Source of the DNA: a virus
Taxonomy: Duplodnaviria; Caudoviricetes
IMG/VR virus record: IMGVR_UViG_2930438282_000003
Location: 1 to 64,000 of that record
Direction: 5' to 3' (one strand)
DNA length: 64,000 nucleotides
In this document: piece by piece, positions 19,085-28,089 of the stretch
Layout of the letters: the number at the start of each line of letters is the position of its first letter
Numbering within the stretch: position 1 is the stretch's first letter
Made by a program: the position numbers and the translations under genes
The notes under the pieces: model-generated
What the model saw: the letters and a program-made list of their open reading frames with translations, nothing else
Told to the model about the DNA's origin: nothing
The model's database searches: none

Positions 19085-19423
19085 ATGGACATCAACCTCA
19101 CGCCGAACGTCGTGAAGTTGCTCCGGGCCTTCCTCGAAGATCCGGAGGAGCGCCACTTCGGCACCCAGCTCACGAAGAAGGCCGGGATCTCGCCCGGCTC
19201 CCTGTACCCCGCACTGCGCCGCCTCGAAGGCGCCGGCTTCATCACCGGCGAGGAGGAGCAGATCGACCCCAAGGCCGAAGGCCGCCCTGCCCGCCGCTAC
19301 TACACCCTGACTGGGGAAGGCGCCCAGGAAGCGCACCTGCTCCTCGCAGAGTTCAGTGCCAGCGTCGCCCCGCCCGCCAGGTCCCCAGGTTGGCTGACCA
19401 GTCCAGCACCCAAGGGGGCCTGA
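19085..19423 (+). CDS. PadR-family transcriptional regulator
   Basis: GSLYPALRRLEGAG...GRPARRYYTLTGEG. Confidence 0.9.
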   Translation: MDINLTPNVVKLLRAFLEDPEERHFGTQLTKKAGISPGSLYPALRRLEGAGFITGEEEQIDPKAEGRPARRYYTLTGEGAQEAHLLLAEFSASVAPPARSPGWLTSPAPKGA

Positions 19424-19426
19424 CCC

Positions 19427-20023
19427 ATGGAAACGCTGTCCTTACTGGCGACTGCGACCGCTGAACACGGCAAGACCTTCCTCGGCGAGGACGCCCTCGG
19501 TTGGCGCATCGCGCTCATTGCAGCGCTTGTCGCGGCCGTCGCATACGAGCTGACCATGGCGCTGACGCGCAACATCACCCTGCGAATCCCCTTCCTCGTG
19601 CTGCAGCTCGGCCGGCTCCTCATGGACAAGGAGGCATGGAAGCTCCAATACGCAGAGTGGAAAGCCGAGCTGTGGGTGATCCTCCGAGAGGGGCACAAGC
19701 TCTGGCCCCTCCGGTTCATTCACGGCATGTGGTGGGCTGCCAGTGTTCTCCTCTACGCCCGAAGGGCGGCCAAGGCGGACACGCGCACCATGCAGCCCAG
19801 GCCCGCCCGGGTCAAGGAATCCGGGCGCATCTCGAACGTGATCGCCCTCACCGTGATGATCATCAATTTGGCCGACTCGATCCGGCAAGCGTGCGGAGGT
19901 GCACCCACGGAAGTACCTGAGCCCCTGGCGGCAGTGATGCTGTTCGGATCCCTCGCCCTCGCAGTGGTCGTCTCGGAGTGGCTCATCCGCCGCCGACGTC
20001 AGCGACGCCAGCGACATTCGTGA
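19427..20023 (+). CDS. Membrane protein paired with PadR
   Basis: Several hydrophobic segments; starts 4 nt after the PadR stop. Confidence 0.7.
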   Translation: METLSLLATATAEHGKTFLGEDALGWRIALIAALVAAVAYELTMALTRNITLRIPFLVLQLGRLLMDKEAWKLQYAEWKAELWVILREGHKLWPLRFIHGMWWAASVLLYARRAAKADTRTMQPRPARVKESGRISNVIALTVMIINLADSIRQACGGAPTEVPEPLAAVMLFGSLALAVVVSEWLIRRRRQRRQRHS

Positions 20024-20073
20024 TGTATGGTCCCTAAACGTCCGGTCGTCCTGAGCAGCGGCGCGACCGGCAT

Positions 20074-20148
20074 GCGCCGGAGGTGTAACCGCCGCACGGC
20101 TCCCATTCCAGGGAGCAGGACCACGTTCAAGTCGTGGCCGGCGCTCCA
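20074..20148 (+). tRNA. Non-canonical tRNA-Gly-like gene (75 nt, encoded CCA)
   Basis: Cloverleaf: acceptor GCGCCGG/CCGGCGC, D stem GTGT/GCAC, anticodon stem GCTCC/GGAGC around CATTCCAG, T arm CCACG-TTCAAGT-CGTGG, T73 then CCA. Confidence 0.85.
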
Positions 20149-20153
20149 CGACG

Positions 20154-20180
20154 GGCCCCCGCCATCCCAGGGCGGGGGCC
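20154..20180 (+). terminator. Hairpin downstream of the tRNA-like gene
   Basis: GGCCCCCGCC / GGCGGGGGCC stem followed by TTCGT. Confidence 0.55.
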
Positions 20181-20274
20181 TTCGTCATGCCCCGCAAACC
20201 ACCCTCGGGCCTCGATTGCCCCAGGTCAGCTATCTTTGCCGCCCTTTGTCTCCAGGACCTCGCAGGAGCGGCCC

Positions 20275-21630
20275 ATGTTCCACGGATCGATCCCCGCCCC
20301 CCTCCGCTCGATCATCTACGAGCACGCCGGGACCTGGCCCGGCGAGGACATCTACGTCGGCTGCTCCGGGAACTTCACCATCGAACGGGTGCTGCACGCC
20401 CGGTTCGGCGACACCCGCCGCGTCCACGGCAACGACATCCAGGCCTACAGCTGCGCCCTCGGCTGGTACCTCGCCGGGCAGGACCTCCACTACACCCTGC
20501 GCGACGAGTACGAGGAGCCCCTCGGCTGGCTCCACCCCTACCTGGAGGACCGCACCGATCTTCTCGCCACCCTCATGCTGGGCACCCGGTTCCTGCAGTA
20601 CGTCGGCAAGGACGGCGCCTACTACCGGCGCATGCTGGACGCCACCCGAGAGCAGTGGCCGCGCATGCACGAGAAGACCGCGACGAAACTGCGGAACCTG
20701 GAGACCCGCCTCGGCTCGTTCTTCGCCGGCGACGTCCGCGACTACCTGGACACCGAAGTCCCTGCCGACGCCCCCGTGGTCATGTTCCCGCCGTTCTACG
20801 CGTCGGACTATCAGGCCCAGTTCGCGCCGATCGACGCGGCGTTCGACTGGCCCGAGCCGTCGTTCGACGAGCTGACCGAAGACGGCAAGGAACGCATCAT
20901 CGAACAGGTCCAGGACCGGCCGAACTGGGTCCTCGGCCTGCACATCGAACGCCCCGAACTGCGGGACAAGCTCGCCGGCGTCGTCCAGACCGCGAACCGC
21001 GGCCTCCCCATCTACGTGTACGCGGCGGCCGGGCCGCGCCGTATCGTCCGGCCCCGGCAGCCCATCGAAACGATCCGCATGCCGAAGATCAGCCCCGGTG
21101 AGGACCTCGGCGACCGCATGACGATCCACGTCCTCACCGGCGGCCAGTTCGCCGCGATCCGCTCCCAGTTCATGTCCAAGAGCATCAAGCCCGGCAGCCC
21201 GCTCATCGCGTGCGCGGTCGCCGTCGACGGCAAGGTCATCGGCGCGTTCGCGTACCTGCCGCCGAAGTTCGACCCGAACACCGCCTACCTCATGAGCGAC
21301 TTTCCCGTGTCGTGGACCCGCTATCGGCGTCTCGCGAAGCTGATCGTGATGGCCGCGTCCACGAAAGAGGCGCAGCTCCTCGTCCAACGGTCCCTGTCGA
21401 AGCGGATCGACGCCTGGTCGACGACCGCGTTCACCGACCGCCCCAACAGTGCGAAGTACGGGCGCGGCATCCCCGGCGTGAAGCTGCAGAAACGCACCGA
21501 GGCCAGCCCGAAGGACCCCGGCGACGGCATCCACCGCTACCAGCTCCAGTACGGCGGCCCCCTCGGCACTTACGACCTGAACGAAGCGCTCACCCTGTGG
21601 AAGACCAAGCACGGCAAGGACCTGCGATGA
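20275..21630 (+). CDS. Putative DNA-modification enzyme: degenerate Dam-like MTase domain plus C-terminal GNAT-like domain
   Basis: YVGCSGNFTIE...HGNDI SAM-binding-like region; FPPFY in place of DPPY; C-terminal VAVDGKVIGAFAY / AYLMSDFPV / RYRRLAKLIV / TTAFTD pattern resembling GNAT; AGGAG SD before ATG 20275. Confidence 0.65.
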   Translation: MFHGSIPAPLRSIIYEHAGTWPGEDIYVGCSGNFTIERVLHARFGDTRRVHGNDIQAYSCALGWYLAGQDLHYTLRDEYEEPLGWLHPYLEDRTDLLATLMLGTRFLQYVGKDGAYYRRMLDATREQWPRMHEKTATKLRNLETRLGSFFAGDVRDYLDTEVPADAPVVMFPPFYASDYQAQFAPIDAAFDWPEPSFDELTEDGKERIIEQVQDRPNWVLGLHIERPELRDKLAGVVQTANRGLPIYVYAAAGPRRIVRPRQPIETIRMPKISPGEDLGDRMTIHVLTGGQFAAIRSQFMSKSIKPGSPLIACAVAVDGKVIGAFAYLPPKFDPNTAYLMSDFPVSWTRYRRLAKLIVMAASTKEAQLLVQRSLSKRIDAWSTTAFTDRPNSAKYGRGIPGVKLQKRTEASPKDPGDGIHRYQLQYGGPLGTYDLNEALTLWKTKHGKDLR

Positions 21631-22568
21631 CCGACACCACCACCCCGCTGTTCCGGCCCAAGCTCGTCCGCCGCGACCCCCGCACCCTCACCGGCCTCGA
21701 AGTTAACGCCAGATACATGCGGAAGGAGGAGTACGACCGGCTGGTGGAGAACATCCGCCGCGACGGCTGCCTCACCTCCACCCCCCTCATCTACTCCGGT
21801 GGCGAGTACGCCGAGGGCCGCGAACTCATCCTGTCCGGCAACCACCGCACGATGGCCTCGGTGGAAGCCGGCCTCGAAGAGATCGACTGCATGCTCATCG
21901 AGGAGCAGCTCACCCGCCCCCAGCTCGTCGCGATCCAGCTGTCCCACAACGCCATCAACGGCCAGGACGACCCCGCCACCCTCAAGCAGCTCTACGAAGA
22001 ACTCGACGACGTCGACTGGCGCGCCTACTCCGGCCTCGACGACGAACAGCTCCAGCTCCTCGCCGAAGTCCAGCCCGAGGGCCTGTCGGAGGCGAACCTC
22101 GACTTCGCCACCGTGTCCCTGATCTTCCTTCCGCCCGAGCTCGAAGCCGCCCGCGAAGCCTTCGACCAAGCCCGCCTCGGCCAGAACGAAAGCTGGCTCG
22201 CAGCACGCGCCGACTACCAGCAAACCCTCGACACGCTCGCCTCCACCCACGCCGCTCACAAGGTCGGCAACGTCGCCACCGCCCTCCACGCCATCCTCGC
22301 CATCGTCGAGAACCACCTCGACGAACTCCAGGCCGGCTACACCGCCCCCGACGGCACCCACCTCCACACCGGGCACGTCGGCCTGGAAACCGTCCTCGGC
22401 TCCCGCACCCTCCCAGCACCCGCCGCCGTCACCATCAACAAAGCCATCGGCGCCGCAGAAGGACGGGGGGAGATCGACCAGGGACAGGGCTGGCGCCTAC
22501 TCGAGCGTCTCGCGGGCCAGTACCTGTCCGGCCCGAACCACGAACTCCTCACGGACGGCCCCGAGTGA
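21627..22568 (+). CDS. ParB/Srx N-terminal-domain protein
   Basis: NARYM...LVENIRRDG...ILSGNHR motif; ATGA overlap with the upstream gene. Confidence 0.8.
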   Translation: MTDTTTPLFRPKLVRRDPRTLTGLEVNARYMRKEEYDRLVENIRRDGCLTSTPLIYSGGEYAEGRELILSGNHRTMASVEAGLEEIDCMLIEEQLTRPQLVAIQLSHNAINGQDDPATLKQLYEELDDVDWRAYSGLDDEQLQLLAEVQPEGLSEANLDFATVSLIFLPPELEAAREAFDQARLGQNESWLAARADYQQTLDTLASTHAAHKVGNVATALHAILAIVENHLDELQAGYTAPDGTHLHTGHVGLETVLGSRTLPAPAAVTINKAIGAAEGRGEIDQGQGWRLLERLAGQYLSGPNHELLTDGPE

Positions 22569-23155
22569 GCACCCGCCCACCCATCACCCTCGACCCCCAC
22601 ACCGACCCATGGGAACGACAACCCCACGAGACTCCCAAGAAGCACGGCCAATTCGTCACCTACCGCGACCTCGGACGCACCCGAACCCTTACCGAAGCCG
22701 CTCAGAGGCTGACACTCGCGTACGGGCACGTGAGGAACCTGGCCTCCGAGTACCGGTGGCGGCAGCGCGTCGAGGCGTACGACAGGCACCTGGACGACCA
22801 GTACCAGGCGATGTGGCTGCAGGAGCGGCGGAGGGCCGCCGAGACCGACGCGAAGATCCTCGGGGCGGCGATCGGCAAGCTGGCGCAGCGGCTGACGACG
22901 ATCAACGCGGCCGACATGACCGTGGGCGACTTCATTCGGCTGATGGACGTCGCCATGCGGCACCGGCGGGTCCTGTTCGGTGATCCGACGGAGACGATCG
23001 CGGTCACCGGCGAGGGGGCGAACCCGCTGGCGCAGCAGTTCGCCGAGTTCGCGCAGATGTCCCCGGAGCAGCGTCGCACCAGGCTCGCCGATCTGGCGGA
23101 CTCGGTGAACCAGCGGATCCGCGCGGTCGACGGCAGCGACGACGAGGAGGAGTGA
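22565..23155 (+). CDS. Putative terminase small subunit
   Basis: PWERQPHET...FVTYRDLGRTRTL HTH-like N-terminus; directly before TerL; GTGA overlap. Confidence 0.7.
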   Translation: MSTRPPITLDPHTDPWERQPHETPKKHGQFVTYRDLGRTRTLTEAAQRLTLAYGHVRNLASEYRWRQRVEAYDRHLDDQYQAMWLQERRRAAETDAKILGAAIGKLAQRLTTINAADMTVGDFIRLMDVAMRHRRVLFGDPTETIAVTGEGANPLAQQFAEFAQMSPEQRRTRLADLADSVNQRIRAVDGSDDEEE

Positions 23156-23159
23156 GCCG

Positions 23160-24743
23160 ATGACGGTTGCCGTGAGCGAGCTGGAACACCTGGACGACGC
23201 GGAGGTCTACCGGCAGCTGGAGGCCGCGCGCCGGTCGATGAGCGAGGAGCTGCTGCGGGACCCGGTGACGCTCGCCCGCGGCCTGGACCGCACGTACCGG
23301 ATGCGGCCGCACCTGCGGATCATCGGGGACGCCTTGGCGGAGGTGGGGCGCGGCGAGTACGACCGGCTCCTCATCCTGACCCCGCCGCAGGTCGGGAAGA
23401 GCACGACGGTCGCCGAGTGGTTTCCGTACTGGTGGCTGTGCCTGTATCCCATGGACCGGGTGGCGGTGACGTCGTACGGCGACGACCTGGCGCTGAAGCG
23501 GGGCATGACGATCCGCGGCTACGTCGAGGAGTACGGCCACGAGTACGACCTCGCCCTGCAGTGGGGGTCGTCGGCGAAGCAGGACTGGTCGCTCACCGAG
23601 GGCGGCGGCGTCCGGTCGGTGTCGGTCGGTAAGGGCCTGACCGGGCACCCGGTGAACCTGCTGATCGTGGACGACCCTCACAAGGACCGTGCGGACGCCG
23701 AGTCGGAGGCGTCCCGGCGGGCGCTGCACGACTGGTACTCGTCGACCGCTCTGAAGCGTCTCCAGCCGGACCGGAACGCCGTGGTCGCGATCCAGACCCG
23801 CTGGCATCCGGACGACTTCGCCGGCCGCCGCCTGGAGGAGGAAGGCCGCACCGAGGACGGCGGCCGGTGGAAGGTCATCCACCTGCCTGCGGTCGCCGAC
23901 GCGAAGTTCGGGGCGGACCCGCTCGGCCGGGCCCCGGGGGAGCCGCTGCCTCATCCGAAGATCCCCACCAGGGACAAGAAGGCGCTGCGGGCGTGGTGGG
24001 CGGACATGAAACGCACGTCGATCGTGCGGGACTGGCACGCCCTCGCCCAGGGCGACCCGCAGCCGGCGGAAGGAGCCCTCGTGTCGGACGACCTGCTGCG
24101 GATGCTGCGGGACTCGAGCACCGCGGTGGAGCCGCAGAAGATCGCAGTCGCCATCGACCCCTCGGGTGGCGGACGAGACGTCGCAGGCGTCATCGGCGGG
24201 TTCCTCGGCGACGACGGCCGCGTATGGGTCACCGACGACGTATCGGCGGCCATGTCCTCCGCCGAGTGGTCCACGGTGGCCTGCCTCCTCGCCTATCGCA
24301 CGAACGCGGCGATCATCTACGTCGAGTGGAACTACGGCCGCGACATGTGCGTCCTCGCCATCCAGACGTCGTGGGAGAAGCTCCAGAACGAGGGCGAGAT
24401 CCCCAAGGGCACCCTGATGCCCGCCATCGCTCCGGTCCGCGCCAAGCAGGGCAAGCTGCTGCGGGCGGAGCCGATCGCCCAGCAGATGGTGCAGGACAAG
24501 GTCCGCTTCCGGGGCGTGTTCACCGACATGGAACGCGAGTGGGCCACCTGGCAGCCCACCGACCCCGACTCGCCGGGCCGTATCGACGCCTCCTGCATCC
24601 TCATCTACGGCCTCATCCCGGAAGCGAACCAGGGCGCCATCGCCCACGCCCCGCTCCCGAAAGCCCCACAGGCTAGCCAATTCGGGCGGGGCGGCCCGGC
24701 GGGCGGTGCCGCGGCGGCGTATGGACGGAGGATCGGCAAGTGA
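23160..24743 (+). CDS. terL: Terminase large subunit
   Basis: Walker A PPQVGKST, Walker B LLIVDDP, QTRWH coupling motif, nuclease-domain AIDPS, YVEWNYG, KLLRAEP. Confidence 0.9.
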   Translation: MTVAVSELEHLDDAEVYRQLEAARRSMSEELLRDPVTLARGLDRTYRMRPHLRIIGDALAEVGRGEYDRLLILTPPQVGKSTTVAEWFPYWWLCLYPMDRVAVTSYGDDLALKRGMTIRGYVEEYGHEYDLALQWGSSAKQDWSLTEGGGVRSVSVGKGLTGHPVNLLIVDDPHKDRADAESEASRRALHDWYSSTALKRLQPDRNAVVAIQTRWHPDDFAGRRLEEEGRTEDGGRWKVIHLPAVADAKFGADPLGRAPGEPLPHPKIPTRDKKALRAWWADMKRTSIVRDWHALAQGDPQPAEGALVSDDLLRMLRDSSTAVEPQKIAVAIDPSGGGRDVAGVIGGFLGDDGRVWVTDDVSAAMSSAEWSTVACLLAYRTNAAIIYVEWNYGRDMCVLAIQTSWEKLQNEGEIPKGTLMPAIAPVRAKQGKLLRAEPIAQQMVQDKVRFRGVFTDMEREWATWQPTDPDSPGRIDASCILIYGLIPEANQGAIAHAPLPKAPQASQFGRGGPAGGAAAAYGRRIGK

Positions 24744-24802
24744 GAGTGATGCTCGGAAGGGATAGCTGTGGCAGCCTCTGTGTCAGCCAGGAGGGGGGAC
24801 GA

Positions 24803-25561
24803 GTGGTCAACGAATCGCAACGGACGGTCCGGTTACGGCTGGCACGACGGCGTGCGGCTCCCAACCGTGTGCGGGCGCGGGTCCCTGATGAGCTGCCAGA
24901 GCCTCAGATCGCCTCTGATGAAGAGCCGGAAGCCGATCAGGCTTCCGAGCTGGACCATCCGCCAAAATGGTGGCGTCGAGTCGACTGGGGCAAAGTCGCA
25001 ACGGTAGCTGGCGTCGTTGGAGGTGTTGGCAGCCTGCTATTTTCCGCTGTGGCGACGTACTACGGCGCCAAGGTATCGCAGGACCAGTTGCAACAGTCGA
25101 GAGAAGATAGCGAACGTCAACTTCGGGTCCAGGCATCCGAGGTGACTTACTGGACTGAGTGGCCAAACGGTGTGAGGCTCCACCTCGTGAACCGGTCACC
25201 TGACCCGGTGACTGTGGTGAGACTTGGCTTCACGACCGAGGACTATCACGGTGGTGACTCGTATAGTTGGGTGCTCGACCTTCCCGTTTTGGGGCCATGC
25301 TCCGAACTGATATACGACGAGACAAAGTTCAAGGTGTATTTTCCTCCGGCCTCGAAATCACCCAAGGTCGTCAAGTGGCTCGATGTCGGTGACTCGTTTG
25401 GCGATACCGATATGCGCTTTGCAGACAGCAATGGTCACGTTTGGAAGCGCACGGCAGGCAGCCTGCAACGGACGCCTTCCCTGTATGCTCGTCCGCTGCC
25501 TCACCTTCTTTTGCCCGGCGATCCGGAGGTCAAGCCGGTGCAGCAGTGCGCCGGCGGCTGA
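24803..25561 (+). CDS. Single-pass membrane hypothetical protein (lower GC, moron-like)
   Basis: GGAGG SD before GTG 24803; one TM helix VATVAGVVGGVGSLLFSAVATYY. Confidence 0.65.
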   Translation: MVNESQRTVRLRLARRRAAPNRVRARVPDELPEPQIASDEEPEADQASELDHPPKWWRRVDWGKVATVAGVVGGVGSLLFSAVATYYGAKVSQDQLQQSREDSERQLRVQASEVTYWTEWPNGVRLHLVNRSPDPVTVVRLGFTTEDYHGGDSYSWVLDLPVLGPCSELIYDETKFKVYFPPASKSPKVVKWLDVGDSFGDTDMRFADSNGHVWKRTAGSLQRTPSLYARPLPHLLLPGDPEVKPVQQCAGG

Positions 25562-25904
25562 AGCCCCGAATACGGGGCGACGCAACGGACATCCAATCAG
25601 CGGCTGGTGTCGTACACGGGGTCGCTGGCCATCGTGGACCTGCCGGTCCCCGGCCAGCAGCTGGAACTTGTGGTGGTCGAAAGAGTGGAGGGCCATCGCG
25701 ACGTTGAGGCGATGGCCCTGTTCTGACCCGGCGGCGCGGCCCGGCGTCCAGGGGTCACTTCCCCACGTGGACGTTCTTGACGACGACCTCGTCCCGGAGG
25801 AGCGAGGCGACGTCAGCCTCGCCGTCGCGGAGTAGCTCTTTTGTGCCCGAAGTGCACGGGCGGCCCGGCTGGGAGCACCGCGTGTGCTCCCAGCCGGCGC
25901 CTGA

Positions 25905-26132
25905 TCAGTGGTGCTCGATCCAGTAGACCGCCGCGGCGAACAGGCCGCTCAGGGACACCTTCACGGCCGACCGCACGAGTTCGTCACCCGCGGTCTCAAG
26001 CAGCCGCCGAGCCTGCTCCCGGCCAGGTCGCGGACGACCGCGGCGGGGCTTCTCCCCGAGCGGAGGACCGTCGAGGTGCTGGTCGGAGTTGCTTTGACAG
26101 TGCGAGCCCGTAGGCTCGTTGTCAGTGGGAAT
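25905..26132 (-). CDS. Small protein (75 aa) with probable ATT start
   Basis: GGAGG-N5-ATT; homologous to the ORF at 43640-43917 (GPPLGEKP, QARRLxETAGDEL); terminator hairpin at 25865-25897. Confidence 0.6.
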   Translation of the reverse strand: MPTDNEPTGSHCQSNSDQHLDGPPLGEKPRRGRPRPGREQARRLLETAGDELVRSAVKVSLSGLFAAAVYWIEHH

Positions 26133-26815
26133 CGTGACCTCCTAGGGTTGCAACGGTTCTTGCGCTTCAAGTCGGTGGCCTCCTGTCGCGAGCAGGGGGC
26201 CGCCGCCATGCAGGCGACAGCCCCGAAAGGCCGCCTAGGAACATTCTGACGTGTCGGACCGACACTCGGCGGTCGGTGCTCCCAGGGACCACATCGGCAA
26301 GCGCCCATTGCCGAGGGGGTGTTCACCTCTGTCTGTGCAGCTCAGCACACCCTGAGGGCGAGGCCGATCCTCGTTGAACACGTAGTCCCGGCTTTATTAC
26401 ATCGGCGCGAAGGTGGGGACCCTGTCCCACCCGGTGCCGGGGGTGTCGCCCTCGTGACCGGCGGATTCTCGCTCTGTACGACGTTCGCGGACCGACCAGC
26501 AGGATCCGGACGGGCGTACCGAACTTGATGCCCACGAGGACCATGACCGTCTTGCAGTCGATGAAGCCCCGCGGGGACGCGACATTCGATGAGCGCCGTT
26601 CCTGACCACCACGTCGGCGTCAGGGCGTCCCATGCACAGGACCATGTACATGCGCGTCTGCTTCCGGCGGGTGCCGCAGAGACGCGCGTCTTGATGTGCC
26701 GGATGAAGTCGACGAAACGGAGATGTACTCGTGCCCCTTGGCGAACTGCTTGCCGCTGATGAGCTCGTCGGCGGAGTCTGTGATGAACTCGATCTGCAGC
26801 CGTGTGTGAACGGGC

Positions 26816-27857
26816 GGACGCCAGCGACTGGGATTGCGTGACACCCGCCGTCCGGACGCTGTAACGGCATAGCCGCCGACGTCCCTACCTGCCCCGCTTC
26901 CTGGGCGTGCCCGCCGTGCACAAGGCGAGCGCCGCAGAATGCAGCAGGGTCGGCGCAACGTGACGTATCGGTGGTGACCGGGGTGAAAAGGTTGAAGATC
27001 AATCACTGAGCAGGATTTGCGCAGATCGGCCTATAGTGTGCGGCCGCATCCGCAAGATCGTCTGCAAGGGGCCGGGCATGATCAGCGTTCCGGAGCTTGT
27101 TGTCCTAGCCGCCGCCGGGTATCGCGGCACCCAACTCGCCGTCCATGACACGATCCTGGACCCGGCCCGCAACACGGTCTTCGACTGGCACAGCCGGAAC
27201 CCCGACAGCCGCGCCCGCACCTTCGTCATCACCCTGATCTCCTGTGTGTACTGCACGGGCTGGTGGATCTCCGGTGCGCTCCTCGCGACCTGGCTCCTCG
27301 CAACCGGCCAGTTCGACCAGGCGCCGCTCCTTGTCCACGGCATCGAATGGTTGGCCGTCGCCGGCGCCGCCGTCTTCCTGAACCGCGTCGACGACACCCT
27401 GGGCGAGGTGGTGAACCGGTGACCCGCCGCGAGATCGCCGCCGCGGCCTCCCGCTACATCGACCGCAAGGTCCGCACCAAGGGCACCGTCGACCAGGGCT
27501 GGCAAGGGCGGGCCTGGGAGCTGTACCACCTGATCCCCGAAGTGCGGTTCGCCGCCACCTACGTCGCGAACGCCATGTCCGGCGCCACCCTGTACGCGGG
27601 CCGCCGCGCCGACGACGGCACGATCGAACCCGCCCCCAACGGGCACCGCGCCTCGGAGATCGTGCAGCAGATCGCTGGCGGCCCCGACGGACAGGCCAAG
27701 CTCCTCGGCGCGTTCGGCAAGCACCTCACCGTCCCCGGCGAGGGCTGGATCGTCATCCGCCCCAACTCCGACGTCCTCTCCCCGGACGCTCCCGAAGGCG
27801 GCCACGACTGGCGCGTCCTGTCCACCCGCGAGGTTCGTCAGCAGTCCGGGAAACTCA
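26816..27857 (+). repeat. Copy 1 of ~1-kb diverged direct duplication (leader, DUF1360-like gene, portal 5' end)
   Basis: Near-identical to 44870-45910 with scattered substitutions. Confidence 0.92.
27078..27422 (+). CDS. DUF1360-like membrane protein, copy 1
   Basis: GYRGTQLAVHDTI...LISCVYCTGWW. Confidence 0.8.
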   Translation: MISVPELVVLAAAGYRGTQLAVHDTILDPARNTVFDWHSRNPDSRARTFVITLISCVYCTGWWISGALLATWLLATGQFDQAPLLVHGIEWLAVAGAAVFLNRVDDTLGEVVNR

Positions 27858-27886
27858 AACACATTTCCCGCCACGCCCGTCCTTAG
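27419..27886 (+). pseudogene. Truncated portal protein (N-terminal ~146 codons)
   Basis: Matches the gene at 45472 up to QQSGKL, then unrelated sequence. Confidence 0.88.
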
Positions 27887-27969
27887 GGGTCGGGGGCGAA
27901 CGGCTCTCATGCGTGCCGTTGTTCTGGCCGCGTACGAGTGTGAACTCGTGGCGGTTAGGGACGGGCGTG
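27872..27969. mobile_element. Miniature inverted-repeat element / IS remnant
   Basis: 14-bp inverted repeats CACGCCCGTCCTTA and TAGGGACGGGCGTG (1 mismatch) next to the portal breakpoint. Confidence 0.45.
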
Positions 27970-28089
27970 AGGTGTCTTCAACAGCGAAGACGCTTGAACT
28001 CTCTCGGCTGTTAACGGTTCGTTTCCATTACTGTTCGGCGATCATGAAATCTTCACGCTCTCTATAGCTGAACTGCCGAGGAAGTCAAC

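Noticed and set aside
26397-27006. Minus-strand ORFs in the duplicated leader (also 44730-45059)
   Set aside because: Reading frames differ between the two copies by an indel and have no coding bias; likely non-coding regulatory DNA
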